Source: a virus (lineage: Duplodnaviria; Caudoviricetes). Taken from it: 64,000 nt of DNA. Numbering within the stretch: the stretch's first letter is position 1; the number at the start of each line of letters is the position of its first letter. The notes beneath the pieces are model-generated. The model was not told where the DNA came from and did not search any database. It saw only the letters and a program-made list of their open reading frames with translations. The DNA lies in the IMG/VR virus record IMGVR_UViG_3300013947_000022, positions 96,001-160,000 of that record. One strand, written 5' to 3'. Shown here one piece after another: positions 29,888-40,894 of the stretch. Made by a program: the position numbers and the translations under genes.

Positions 29888-30490
29888 ATGATTCAAATTC
29901 GAGACAACACTTTTGAAACTAATTCCAGTTCCAGTCATTCTCTAATTATTACTGATTTTGAGGGTAAATACACACCAGAAGAAATGACGAGTGGTATTTA
30001 TCTTTGGAATGATAAAAAGGCAAGAATGTACGATAGCAAACTTGAGTTTTATCGCTCTCCTTTTTCTCTACTTGCAACTTTTGAGTCTAAATCTCGTTAT
30101 GCTATTGCTTCTTCAAACGGACGATTGGCTGACAAGGTTGAAGAGCTTTGGTATAAATATATTCCTAATTTTAATGGCTTTGAATTTGATACCAGAGACG
30201 AAGAATACGACTATGATAAACAGGAATGGGTAGACTTTGAAGAGCCGAAGCCTGTTTATGGTGGTACTGATGATTATCAAATTGAGGGTTGGCTTAAACA
30301 TTATAATGTAAGTCTTGAAGATTTTCTCACTATGCGTCGCTATATGGTTGTTTGTGATGGTGATGAAACACGAGAATGGTATCATATTCTTGATAGTGGA
30401 CTTGTAGATAAGTCTCATATTATTCATGACAGCGAAAAAGAAGCTGCGGAAGCTTGGGAAAAGAAATACCGAGAGGGGAATAACGCATGA
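29888..30490 (+). CDS. FETNSSS-motif protein 2
   Basis: MIQIRDNTFETNSSSSHSL. Confidence 0.75.
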   Translation: MIQIRDNTFETNSSSSHSLIITDFEGKYTPEEMTSGIYLWNDKKARMYDSKLEFYRSPFSLLATFESKSRYAIASSNGRLADKVEELWYKYIPNFNGFEFDTRDEEYDYDKQEWVDFEEPKPVYGGTDDYQIEGWLKHYNVSLEDFLTMRRYMVVCDGDETREWYHILDSGLVDKSHIIHDSEKEAAEAWEKKYREGNNA

Positions 30491-30987
30491 CTTCACTCAC
30501 TATTAAACATTTTACAGGTAGTGTCCTTGATTCTGATGCCCCAATTATTGCACATCAAGTTAATTGTATAGGCGTAATGGGAGCAGGAGTGGCAAAGTGT
30601 ATTCGTAAAAAGTATCCTGATATTATGACCACTTATTCCAGATGGTGTAAGACTTATGGTTCTAATCTTCTTGGAATGGTTTTAGATTATCCTACAGACA
30701 ACAACCAGATTATTGCAAATTGTTTTGCTCAAGACAAGACTGGTTCTGACCGTCAAACTAATTATGAAGCTTTCTATAACTGTCTTGTCAATCTTAAAAA
30801 AGCAGTTGATTACTATGGCGTTGAACATCGAATTGCTTTTCCATATAAGATTGGTTGCGGTCTTGGGGGAGGAGATTGGAGCATTATTCTTGCTATGATT
30901 AAGTCTGTTTTTGATAAAGGCGAAGATTATACTGTTGAATTCTGGTCTCTTGACGGATTTGACGTAACTCCAATGGGGCTAATGTAA
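30487..30987 (+). CDS. macrodomain ADP-ribose hydrolase
   Basis: IAHQVNCIGVMGAGVA...FPYKIGCGLGGGDW. Confidence 0.9.
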   Translation: MTSLTIKHFTGSVLDSDAPIIAHQVNCIGVMGAGVAKCIRKKYPDIMTTYSRWCKTYGSNLLGMVLDYPTDNNQIIANCFAQDKTGSDRQTNYEAFYNCLVNLKKAVDYYGVEHRIAFPYKIGCGLGGGDWSIILAMIKSVFDKGEDYTVEFWSLDGFDVTPMGLM

Positions 30988-31086
30988 TCCAAGTAATATG
31001 TTAAGTAGTTCCTAAATAGGATAAAAGAGATTTTTTATTAGAATTTATTTTATCCTGTTTTTATCTCGACAAAAGAGGTGACTCCT

Positions 31087-31383
31087 ATGTCTGATACTTT
31101 ACATTTTGCTGACCGAATAGAAAGATAGAATTTTATCAAATCTATAGGCCGGTATGGAACGGTTATAGCCGAAGTTTATACTGATAGGGGACACCCCAAT
31201 GGTCCCGAAATTCACAAAATTACAGACAATGCCATTATTATGGTCTATAACGAACGAACTGGAAACCATGTAACTGACTTAATTGCCCGACCACGGCAAT
31301 TATTGCGATACAATATTCCAATTCCGACTAATATATTAGAGTTAGCCTATCAGCATCAAAAACTTGGCTATAACAATCGCTAA
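31087..31383 (+). CDS. hypothetical protein; needs TAG(31126) read as sense
   Basis: GAGGTGA SD; one in-frame TAG then 84 open codons. Confidence 0.68.
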
Positions 31384-31651
31384 GAGGTTTGGAGATTTTT
31401 TCTCTAAACCTCTTGACAACTATATAGAGATATGCTATTATAAGTATACAACTTGAGGAGGTTAAAACCATGACAGAAGATAATCGTATTTATTGTGCTT
31501 ATGACACTCTAAACCCCACCATCAATCCTGATGGTTCTGAGAAGCATTGGTGCTCTCATTATGGAAGCTATGTCTGCAAGGGGTGTGACCATCGGTTTGA
31601 TGGAGACCGTATTAAAAAGTATATGGAAGACCATCCAAAGGAGCATTGATT

Positions 31652-33745
31652 ATGAAAGATAATTGGGTTTCTTATAAGAACGGGAACTATACTGTTGCTC
31701 TCGATACCGCACATGGAACGAAGATTCGATACAACGACCTTGATTTTTTCAGAGCTGACCGTCCAGAAAATATGGATATTAAGATTACAAATCGTTGCAC
31801 TAATCCTTGTGGAACAAAAGAATGCCCTAAGAACTGTGAGTTTTGTCACGAAAATTCTGGCCCTAATGGTAAGCATTCCGATGCTCTTCACTCTAAGTTT
31901 CTTGAAACTCTTCCTGAGTGGACAGAATGTGCTTGCTTATCAGGAAATACTATTGCTCATGGAGAATTTGGATGCGTTGAGCTTAAAGACCTGAAAATTG
32001 GAGATAAAATTTACGATTCTGACTATCAACTGCGTACTATTTCTAATATTTCTATTTCTCATAAGCCTTGTTATAGAGTTAAAGGTGATTATGGTTTAAA
32101 TATTATTTGTTCCGCAGACCACCCTTTTATGGTAAATGGAAAGCAAGTATTAGCAAAAGACTTAATTGGAAAATGTTTAGACCAACTTGAAATGGTTGAA
32201 GATAACAATCAAGAACATAGTATCAATCTTCGACCGTTTATCACCCGCCGCAATGAAAATCTTGTTTCATCACGAGGCGGTAAAGATTTTAATGATGGTA
32301 CAATTCGTCTAAGAAATTCTACTCCTCGTGTACCTGCTGATATTAAACTCACTCCTGAATTAATGTGGGCTTATGGTCTTTTTGTAGCGGAGGGTAGTAA
32401 AAAAGGATATTCTTTAAATTATAAAGAAATAGAATTTGCTTCTCGTATTATCGCTATTTGGCACGAAACTACAGGAAATTATTGCCGAATTTATCCGCAC
32501 AAAGAAAAAAACAATGTAATTGTGGAAACTCGTCCCGCCTCAATGAACGAAGACCTTTTTGTTAAAGCTATGGGTTGCGGAAAAGGAGCTCACAATAAAA
32601 ATCTAAGTTTCCTTTATTCTATCAATAACAAAGAATTAATTCGCTGGGCTCTTATTGGTCTTATTGATGGAGATGGTTGTTTTAGAACCCGCTTTCATGG
32701 GAACCGTCCCTGTTATAGTTTCTCTCTTAAAACAGTAAGTAAATCTTTAGCTTATGACTTTTCTTTTCTTCTTTTAAAATGGTTTGGCATTAAATGCACT
32801 GTTTATCATGGATGGTCTCCTGCTCGAAAAATTGAGGATAGAATCTTAGCGCCAAGTGACTATTATAAAGTTGATGCTTGTGGTTATGATTCTTGTGTAA
32901 AACTTTTTGGAAATTATTATGGAGAATTACAGCGCCCCTTAAAATTAATGACTAAAAAATATAGTGTTGTAAGAAGTGTAACAAAAGTTGAAGACGAACC
33001 TCTTTATGACATTACACTTGATTCAGGCAGTCATATTTTCCCTGTTAATGGTGGCTGGCTAACTCATAATTGTGGAGGCGGAAATGTATTAGAATATCCC
33101 GACCTTGTTCCTCTTCTGCAAAAAATGAAGAATCTTCATCTGATTTCCAATATTACCGTAAATCAGAAGCATTTCATGGAAAATCTTTCTTTCCTGCGTG
33201 AACTTGTTAATCAAAAGCTTATTTATGGACTTGGTATTTCTCTTACCAATCCTTATGAAGAGGGCTTTATCGCAGCAGTTAAAACCTTTCCTAATGCTGT
33301 GATTCATGTTATCAATGGCGTTGTAACTCTCGCACAGCTTTCTGCTCTTGGGTGTAAAGACCTTAAGATTCTGATTCTTGGATATAAAGAAGTTCGTCGT
33401 GGCGTAGCATATAAAGCCGATGTAGACCATTTAGTTGAACTGCGTAAAAATAGGCTTTACGCAAGTCTGCCTTTTATTGCTGAACATAAGTGGTTTAAGA
33501 CAATTTCTTTTGACAATCTTGCTATTGAACAGCTTGAACCCAAGCGTTTTCTGAGTGATGAGTTCTATCAGACGCACAACCTCGGAGACGATGGATTAAT
33601 GGGAGAGCAGACCTCCGCTTCCTATTATGTTGACCTTGTAGAAAATGTGTTTGCTCGTAATTCCTGTGATGTAAATCACCGCTATCCGCTCGAAAATCAT
33701 ACTGCTACAGAGTGTTATCAGCTTCTTCGTGACAATAAAATTTAA
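31652..33745 (+). CDS. radical SAM protein containing an intein
   Basis: DIKITNRC...CPKNCEFC; spliced junction ECA|CGGGN. Confidence 0.88.
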   Translation: MKDNWVSYKNGNYTVALDTAHGTKIRYNDLDFFRADRPENMDIKITNRCTNPCGTKECPKNCEFCHENSGPNGKHSDALHSKFLETLPEWTECACLSGNTIAHGEFGCVELKDLKIGDKIYDSDYQLRTISNISISHKPCYRVKGDYGLNIICSADHPFMVNGKQVLAKDLIGKCLDQLEMVEDNNQEHSINLRPFITRRNENLVSSRGGKDFNDGTIRLRNSTPRVPADIKLTPELMWAYGLFVAEGSKKGYSLNYKEIEFASRIIAIWHETTGNYCRIYPHKEKNNVIVETRPASMNEDLFVKAMGCGKGAHNKNLSFLYSINNKELIRWALIGLIDGDGCFRTRFHGNRPCYSFSLKTVSKSLAYDFSFLLLKWFGIKCTVYHGWSPARKIEDRILAPSDYYKVDACGYDSCVKLFGNYYGELQRPLKLMTKKYSVVRSVTKVEDEPLYDITLDSGSHIFPVNGGWLTHNCGGGNVLEYPDLVPLLQKMKNLHLISNITVNQKHFMENLSFLRELVNQKLIYGLGISLTNPYEEGFIAAVKTFPNAVIHVINGVVTLAQLSALGCKDLKILILGYKEVRRGVAYKADVDHLVELRKNRLYASLPFIAEHKWFKTISFDNLAIEQLEPKRFLSDEFYQTHNLGDDGLMGEQTSASYYVDLVENVFARNSCDVNHRYPLENHTATECYQLLRDNKI
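31934..33070 (+). mobile_element. intein with LAGLIDADG homing endonuclease (379 aa)
   Basis: CLSGNT start, SADHPF block B, GLFVAEG and GLIDGDG, LYDITL..THN|C end. Confidence 0.92.
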
Positions 33746-34724
33746 GAAGGGGGAGAAAGTTATAAAATGAGCTTACTTGGTTTTGGTTCTCCTTTCGCAG
33801 ATATTTTCATGGCTATGTCAATAGATGGACGCTTTGAGCCTAAAGATAATTTCGGCATTCACTCTACTCCCGATATTGATGATGAAGACGAATTAGACAA
33901 TGATTATTTTTCAGATTTTACAGATTGTGAGGACGATTATTAATGTATATCATTTATGATGCTAATACTAACGACTATGTTTGTCGCGCGTCTCAGGGAC
34001 AGTATAACATTTGTAGACAGTTACCTTATGCTGCTCTTTTTACTACTGAAAGGGGAGCTCAGAATATCCTAAATAATGGTGGACTTCCAAAGTTGATTCA
34101 GAGCAAGCATACTTTCACTATTGCTCATGTGTCCACAAAGGCTGGAAAGGCAAACAAGATTCTTATTGCGGCCAAGGAAGCTCCGCCAAAGACTTTTGAT
34201 TTTTCCGCTCCTGCTGAAATTCGCAAAGCGGCTGACTATCTCGGTAGAGTTATGGAAAACGCAGAAGATTTAAGCGTTCAGCTTTCTAATATGGATAGAG
34301 AAATTAGTGATATTCAGCATTATATTGAAACTGCTTCCCTCAATGCAGCACAGCGTAGCCATGTATTTAAGGTATATCGTGAAAAGCTTACGGAACGTCG
34401 CCTTTATAAGAATCTTATGGATATTACTGCTACGATGGCTCAGGCTGGACTTTCTAAAAAGAATTTCAATAACACCGTAGCTTCTCTTGATGGGCTGGAA
34501 ACTAAGGCGTATTCACCTCGTAGTGCCTTTGGCGAAACTCTGTTTGGAACTAAGAAAGTGGAGGACTAATCAATTATGATTCTTGTAACAAATGACCAAG
34601 CTAAAGCTATTCTAAGCGCAATGCTTAACGGTTTTCTCGAAGATGCTGAACTTACTCGAAAAGATATGCGTGATATTCTTGAAGACCTTGCAGATGAATT
34701 TCGTTATTGAGAAAGGAGTATACT

Positions 34725-35489
34725 ATGGGATATTGGGACCCGCCCGAGTATTTTGACCAAGCAAAGTATCCTGAAATTGATGCTGAAACTGATGCTCTTA
34801 TTGAGCATTTGGTTGGAGCAATCAAAGAAGAATATAAAGATGTAATCGCTAAAGAATCTGACGCTTATCAAGACCTTAAGGCAAGTTATGAAAGCTTGCG
34901 TAGAGAACTGACAAAAAACCGTGATGTGCTTTTAGCTAAAGACAATCTAATTGAAACTCTTCAACAGGAATTGACTAAAAAGACAACCGAACATCCTTCC
35001 TTTAAATTTAATGTTGGAGATATTGTCTATTATTCAGCAATTTCTTATAATTCAGAAAAGAAAGTTTTTTGCCCCCGTTGCGGAGGCAAGGGGTATGTTA
35101 CACTTGACACCGAAACAAACAATCTCCCAGCAGATATTGCCGACCCTGTAACCTATATTTGTCCTAATTGCAGAAATTCTACGGGGAGCTATCTTTATAA
35201 TAAAGCAAAAAATTTCAGAGAGTGTAGCTATTATACTTATTACATTGAAAAAGGAAAAATCATGGAAATCAAATATACCATTGGTGAAGAAAAGAATGAA
35301 ACAACATATTTTGTCAAGTCTTTAACACAAACCTCATCTTCATCTTTCCGTGAACAAGACCTTTACGAAACTGCTGAACAGGCTAAAAAGGCAGTCATTT
35401 GCGACACAGAGTTATCTTATATCAATGCCTGTCATAATGTAGGTGTTATTCCTGATTCAACTGACAAAGAGGACTCTTCTGATGTTTGA
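34725..35489 (+). CDS. coiled-coil protein with DnaJ-like zinc motif
   Basis: CPRCGGKG...CPNC; AAGGAG SD. Confidence 0.65.
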   Translation: MGYWDPPEYFDQAKYPEIDAETDALIEHLVGAIKEEYKDVIAKESDAYQDLKASYESLRRELTKNRDVLLAKDNLIETLQQELTKKTTEHPSFKFNVGDIVYYSAISYNSEKKVFCPRCGGKGYVTLDTETNNLPADIADPVTYICPNCRNSTGSYLYNKAKNFRECSYYTYYIEKGKIMEIKYTIGEEKNETTYFVKSLTQTSSSSFREQDLYETAEQAKKAVICDTELSYINACHNVGVIPDSTDKEDSSDV

Positions 35490-35850
35490 ATTAAAACCTT
35501 GCAGATATTGCGGAAAAGTTCCAAAAGTGTCCCCATTGGTGACACGAACAATTTTAAAACAGATTCCAAATAATTCAACGTCAAATATTTTCAAAATACA
35601 AACCGAAAGAATTGAAGTTCCTGTTTTTTATACGATTCGTTGCCAAAATGGAAAATGCAAGAATCACTTGCACAAATATCCCTATAAAATGATTTCGGAA
35701 AACTCTGTAAATGGAGCTATTTTAAAATGGAATCAACAAAACTAAGGAAACTTTCATATAAAAATTAACAAATAATTTTTCAATCTGTCTTAACAGGCGC
35801 GTAAAACCGTGGTATACTAACGGTAGTAAATCATCAAGGGAGGTTATTTT

Positions 35851-36417
35851 ATAAACATTCTTTTTCTTGATTATGATGGTGTAGTAAACACACCGATGTG
35901 GCATCAACATAAAGCTGACCCATCTCGAATGATTTGCACTTTTAATTTCCCTTTCGATAACAAAGTAAATGACTTTCAATGCGTTCAATGGATTTCAGAA
36001 TTCTGCCAAAAATATGATTATTCTATTGTAGTCACTTCTTCGTGGAGATGGGAAGATAATTACAAGGAATGTCTCATTAACGGTGGACTTCGCCAAGGCA
36101 TTAAAATTCTTGGAAAGACTCCTGACTATGTAAAATATTTCGGGGCTACCAGAGGAGATGAAATCCAAGCTTGGCTTGACTTGCATCACGAGGAAGAAAT
36201 TAACTTTCTCATTGTAGATGATACCTATAAAGAAGATTTGGAAGTTCATAAGATTGACTATGAAAACAAAAAAGTTCTTGGGCTGAATAAACTCCAAACT
36301 TTCAAACTTCAAGACAGATTTATTCAAACTAATACAATGATTGGATTTAGAGAACCTGATTTTCATCGAGCAGAGCAACTACATCAAAATCTCAGTTTAA
36401 AACAATTCTCAAATTAA
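35851..36417 (+). CDS. HAD phosphatase (Swiss-Army-Knife RNA-repair type), probable ATA start
   Basis: GGAGGT SD then ATA; ILFLDYDGV, VVTSSWR, RGDEIQAWL, FLIVDD. Confidence 0.8.
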   Translation: MNILFLDYDGVVNTPMWHQHKADPSRMICTFNFPFDNKVNDFQCVQWISEFCQKYDYSIVVTSSWRWEDNYKECLINGGLRQGIKILGKTPDYVKYFGATRGDEIQAWLDLHHEEEINFLIVDDTYKEDLEVHKIDYENKKVLGLNKLQTFKLQDRFIQTNTMIGFREPDFHRAEQLHQNLSLKQFSN

Positions 36418-37895
36418 TTTAAATTAAAAATAAAAGGCGGTTTTTATTATGCTCCCTGTTAATGTCGATGGCCTAATTTGGCTAAATACAATCTTTATAG
36501 AATACAAAGCTTCGCTCGGTATTGCGACGATTAAACTTAAGGAGAATTAAAAAATGACAAGTTATCTATATGAAAACATTCGAAAAGTTCCTGCAAATCT
36601 AACCTGTGGTGATTTGATGGATATGAGAAAATATTTGAATGACATGGTAAATTGTTACAAAAATATTTCACATGAAGACAAACAGGCTATTGGCGGAGTA
36701 ATCTTTGCTAATTTCGAATATAAAATTTTGAGGGCTGTTAATAATCACCTTAACAATGTTGCTTTAAAAGTAACTGAGGAAGATAATTGCGATAAGCATC
36801 TGACAGACACAACAAACAATCTGTGGTCAAGTTCTCCACAAATCCCCACTATTACCCATGATGTAAATGAATTTGGACATACGCCCAAGCGTAATTCTAC
36901 TCCTAAGCTAAAGCATCTTCTTACTAATGAAGCAGAAAAAGATATTAAGTCACTGGCAAATCTTTCTCGAATGTTCTGTAACTGGATAAAAAACGCAAGT
37001 CTGGATAGAGCCCCTACCAACTTTACACTTGAGTATTACGGCGCAAAGATGGAAGTTTCTTTTGCTGTAAATGACGCCGCGATTTATCTGCGTTTTGAGG
37101 GTCTTAATACAGTTAATAAGCTCTATTCATTCCGTTGTAGTCCAAGTGTAAAGCATAAGTCTTTCTCTCGTGAATTTTGGCATCTATATCGTAGACGCAT
37201 GACCAAGACTATTGCAAGGGTTATGCGAGATGTTGATAATAATCCAAGTAATTGGTATTGTATGGAAGTTAAAAGAGGAGAGTTGGATTAATGAACGATT
37301 TTGTTATTCAAGGTGTAACAATTCTCGGCACAGAAATATCTAATCACAAATTTGCTATGTTTCCTTTTGTTCTTTGTGTGCTTCTTTCTTTGGGTTTTTT
37401 TGTTTTTGTGTGTATAAGTATTTGTGATAAGGAATTTCCTTCTGTTGTTGTTTGTTCTTTGTTATTTATGCTGGCAATAGTGGCGACATCTTTAACTTAT
37501 AAAGAATGGAAAGCCCCACCAGAAACAGTTTATACAATTTCCATTGATAACACGGCAAGTTATAACGAAATAAAAAACAACTTTTATTACATTCGTAAAC
37601 TTCCCAATGGGCTATACGAAGTCAAACTAAATACTCAAGAAACTAATTAAAAAACACTTGACAAACCTTTATTCTTATGGTAAGATAATATCAAACCAAA
37701 GAATAGAGGTTTTGTTTATGACTGCTCCAAACAACATCTGTATCTATGCCGACCCTTTTCCTGATGGGGAACTTCATTGTTTAGCATATTCAGAGGCAAA
37801 ATATCCTGATGGAAAAATGAATCTACACTTTCCTGTTTGTTCTAATAAAAATTGCCCTTTGAAGAACTCTAAACTTTTGAATGGAGGGAAATTAA

Positions 37896-38231
37896 ATGTC
37901 CGATAAGAAAAAATTATCTGGTTGGCTTGCTCCTAATGGAGATTTTACTTCCGTCTTTTGGGGAGAACACGATGGAATGAGTGAACAAATTTGTTCTATG
38001 TTAGGATTAGAAGAATTTTTCTTGCCTGATGAAGAGCTTATAAAAAGAGGTTGGCTTAGAATTGGGTATACCTATCTTAATGGCGGACCAATCATTAATA
38101 TTGGCATGAAGCCTGAAACCCATTTTACAGAAAGCCAAAAGAATTTTCTTCGTCCTTATTTTGAGGATAAAGAACACTATGAATTTTTTGCTTACCTTTA
38201 TTCTATTTGGGAGGAAGAAAATGAGCGCTAA
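37896..38231 (+). CDS. GWLxPxG-motif protein 1
   Basis: GWLAPNG..H..L.RGWLRI..TESQ; paralog of 38648. Confidence 0.7.
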   Translation: MSDKKKLSGWLAPNGDFTSVFWGEHDGMSEQICSMLGLEEFFLPDEELIKRGWLRIGYTYLNGGPIINIGMKPETHFTESQKNFLRPYFEDKEHYEFFAYLYSIWEEENER

Positions 38232-38647
38232 AAAGTATAATGCCGAACTACAGAAAAAGGTTTTAGATTTTTTAACTCTATCAGAAGGTTGGGGAGGAGA
38301 AAATACACTACCTTTTAATTTTGATTTTGTTAATCTTTGCGCGGAAATTGCTGTTCATTTAGGAAACAAATATCCGTGGGAAGCCTATCCCACCATGCGC
38401 AATTCTATTCAATTTGAAACAAGCTTATATAACAAGACAGACAAAAATGTGCGCGAGTTTTATTTCGAATTTGAAATTTATTCTGAAGATTATTTCAGAG
38501 AAAGTGCGGGAATTGAAAAAGTTTCTTATCTTTTCGTAAAAGAGCAGGAATATCAAAATGCTTTAGCAGGAGATTTAGACTTATCTTTGTATTCTACTCC
38601 CAAAGAAATCGCAAATTGCTTCAACACAATGGTGAAGGATTATATTT

Positions 38648-38992
38648 ATGAACAGGCACATTGAATTTAAATTAGGTTGGCTTTCTCCTGACGGTGAACT
38701 GGTAGGGTGTAATAGCTTTGACCACATCTCTTCTGCTTGTGAAATTTGCGATAAACTTAATTATTCTTATACTAATGCAAAAGGGAATGCTCCTGATGAT
38801 GTTTTACTTGCTCATGGGTGGTTACATCTAACATACTCCATGCTTGACCATGAATACAGGATTTATTACGCTTATTTTAATCATGTCAGGCTAACAGAAG
38901 CGCAAAAAAATTATATTCGTCCATTTAAAGAAATGGGTTATACCTTTGGAGATTTGTTTGAAACGACGTGGGAGGAAAATGATTTTGACTAA
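38648..38992 (+). CDS. GWLxPxG-motif protein 2
   Basis: GWLSPDG..H..L.HGWLHL..TEAQ. Confidence 0.7.
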   Translation: MNRHIEFKLGWLSPDGELVGCNSFDHISSACEICDKLNYSYTNAKGNAPDDVLLAHGWLHLTYSMLDHEYRIYYAYFNHVRLTEAQKNYIRPFKEMGYTFGDLFETTWEENDFD

Positions 38993-39347
38993 TTTAATCA
39001 AAAAGATTGCTTTAGTTCTTGTCATTGTTTTCTTCCTAACAGCACTTTTTTATATCTATATGAATTAGAGGGGCAAAGGCATGGACAATATTATTCATAT
39101 TCCATTTAGTTATGATATTTGGAAGCCCTCAGACATGAAATATTATATCGACAAAGAAACAAGACGTTGTTTTAAGTCTGACAATCCAGAACAGGTATTA
39201 AATCGTTCTTATTTTTCTATGTATGTAGAATGGTGGCTACACAATATCGGTTACTATCTCACCTATCCCTTTTGTGATGATTTTGACTATTTTTTCGATT
39301 TAAATAATAGGTTCAGAGACGTAGATTTAGAAGAATGGAGGACATAA
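38979..39347 (+). CDS. membrane-anchored protein; needs TAG(39066) read as sense
   Basis: GGAGG SD at 38971; TM segment in frame with ORF 39081. Confidence 0.55.
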
Positions 39348-39631
39348 ACCTTTTTACTTATTTCTAAACATTTTCATAAAACTCTATTGACAACCTCCTT
39401 AGTCTGTGATATTATTATCATAGAAAATCTAAGGAGGTTATCTTTATGAAGCTTGATATGAGATTTGGTTGGTTAATGCTCCGCATTTTTGCCCTGCTCG
39501 TTACAATTTTCTATGCTGCTCAGAATGGAATTAATCTTTCTTTCCTTGGTTATTGTGTAGCTTGTGTTTTCACTTGGGCTATTGCTCTTAGATATGAAAA
39601 GAAGATTGCTATAAAGGAAAACTAAAAGGCT

Positions 39632-39943
39632 ATGAAACTTTGGATTGATGATATTAGACCTGCCCCAGAGGGTTGGTGCCAAGCCTATTCAGCTAATGCA
39701 GCTAAAGAAATGATTCTCGCTAACTGGGAGAATATTGAAATACTTTCAATAGACTATGACAGCGGAGATTATAATAAATTTGGAGGAGATTACATCAATA
39801 TTCTTAAATGGTTAGAGGAAGAAGAGCACAAAGCAAACAAAAAAATTGTAACTTTTCCTATCCAAATTCATAGTATGAATCCCGTAGGAGTACAAAATAT
39901 GCGAAATATTATTCAATATAATAATTGGAAAGAGGTAAAATAA
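39632..39943 (+). CDS. cyclic-phosphate-processing receiver-domain protein
   Basis: LWIDDIRPAPEGW...SIDYD.G...IHSMNPVG..NM. Confidence 0.8.
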   Translation: MKLWIDDIRPAPEGWCQAYSANAAKEMILANWENIEILSIDYDSGDYNKFGGDYINILKWLEEEEHKANKKIVTFPIQIHSMNPVGVQNMRNIIQYNNWKEVK

Positions 39944-40894
39944 ATGAGTCATTTAATTGATTTAACTGATTAGATTTTTAACGATATTAGAGTTATTAAA
40001 AGAAATACAGAATTAGATTCTGATAGAGGTGCAATATGGGATTGTTTATGCCCTTGCGGAAATATTTTTTAGGCTAACGGAAGCGCTTTAAGAAGAGGAA
40101 GAATTAAATCTTGTCGGCATTGTAAAGAAAAAGAAGAAATTACTCCTATACAGAAAAAACATTTGCAACAAAAATATTCAATTGGAGAAAAATTTGGACA
40201 CGCCACAATAATAGATTATTGCGACTACACTAAAACTCATCATACATATCTTAAATGCAAATGTGAATGTGGAAATATCTTTGATGCAAGAACCGATAGT
40301 CTTACCCAAAATTTAAATTGTGGTTGTTTAAAAAAAGAAAAAACCTCTAAACAATGGGCATCTAATTTATTGGGAAAAAGATTTGGTAAATTAACTGTCG
40401 TTGCAAAAGAAAAAATTCCCAATCAATATAGGAGTCTTTGGAAATGCGTATGTGACTGTGGAGAAATATGTTTTCTTCCCTCTCGTTACTTATTATCAAA
40501 TCAAGTTAAAAGTTGTGGTTGTGAAACTAAAAGTAAACGGGAACTTGAAATCCGAGGGATATTAAATCAAAAAAATATTAATTTTCAAACAGAATATACT
40601 TTTGACGATTGCGTTTCTACTCAATCTTATAAATTGCGCTTTGATTTTGCATTATTTAACAATTTAAATCAAGTTGTTGGCTTAATTGAATTTAATGGAA
40701 TACAACATTATAAACCTATTCCATATTGGGGCGGAGAAGAAAGATTTAATAGACAAAAAGAAAGTGACAATATAAAAAAAGATTATTGTTTTAATAAAAA
40801 GATTCCTTTGTTAATTATAAAATATACTGAATTGGGGAAAATAAACTTAGATGATTTTTTAAAACAGATTAATTTAACAACACAGGAGGACTAA
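39944..40894 (+). CDS. homing endonuclease-like protein (three Cys repeats + PD-(D/E)XK/DUF559-like domain); two TAG codons
   Basis: IDLTD(TAG)IF...WDCLCPCG, then C.CECG and CVCDCG repeats, RFDF..IEFNG.QHY. Confidence 0.8.

Noticed and set aside
6970-40894. TAG-containing genes as ordinary pseudogenes
   Set aside because: Interruptions are consistently TAG, the frames are otherwise intact, and a CUA tRNA is encoded
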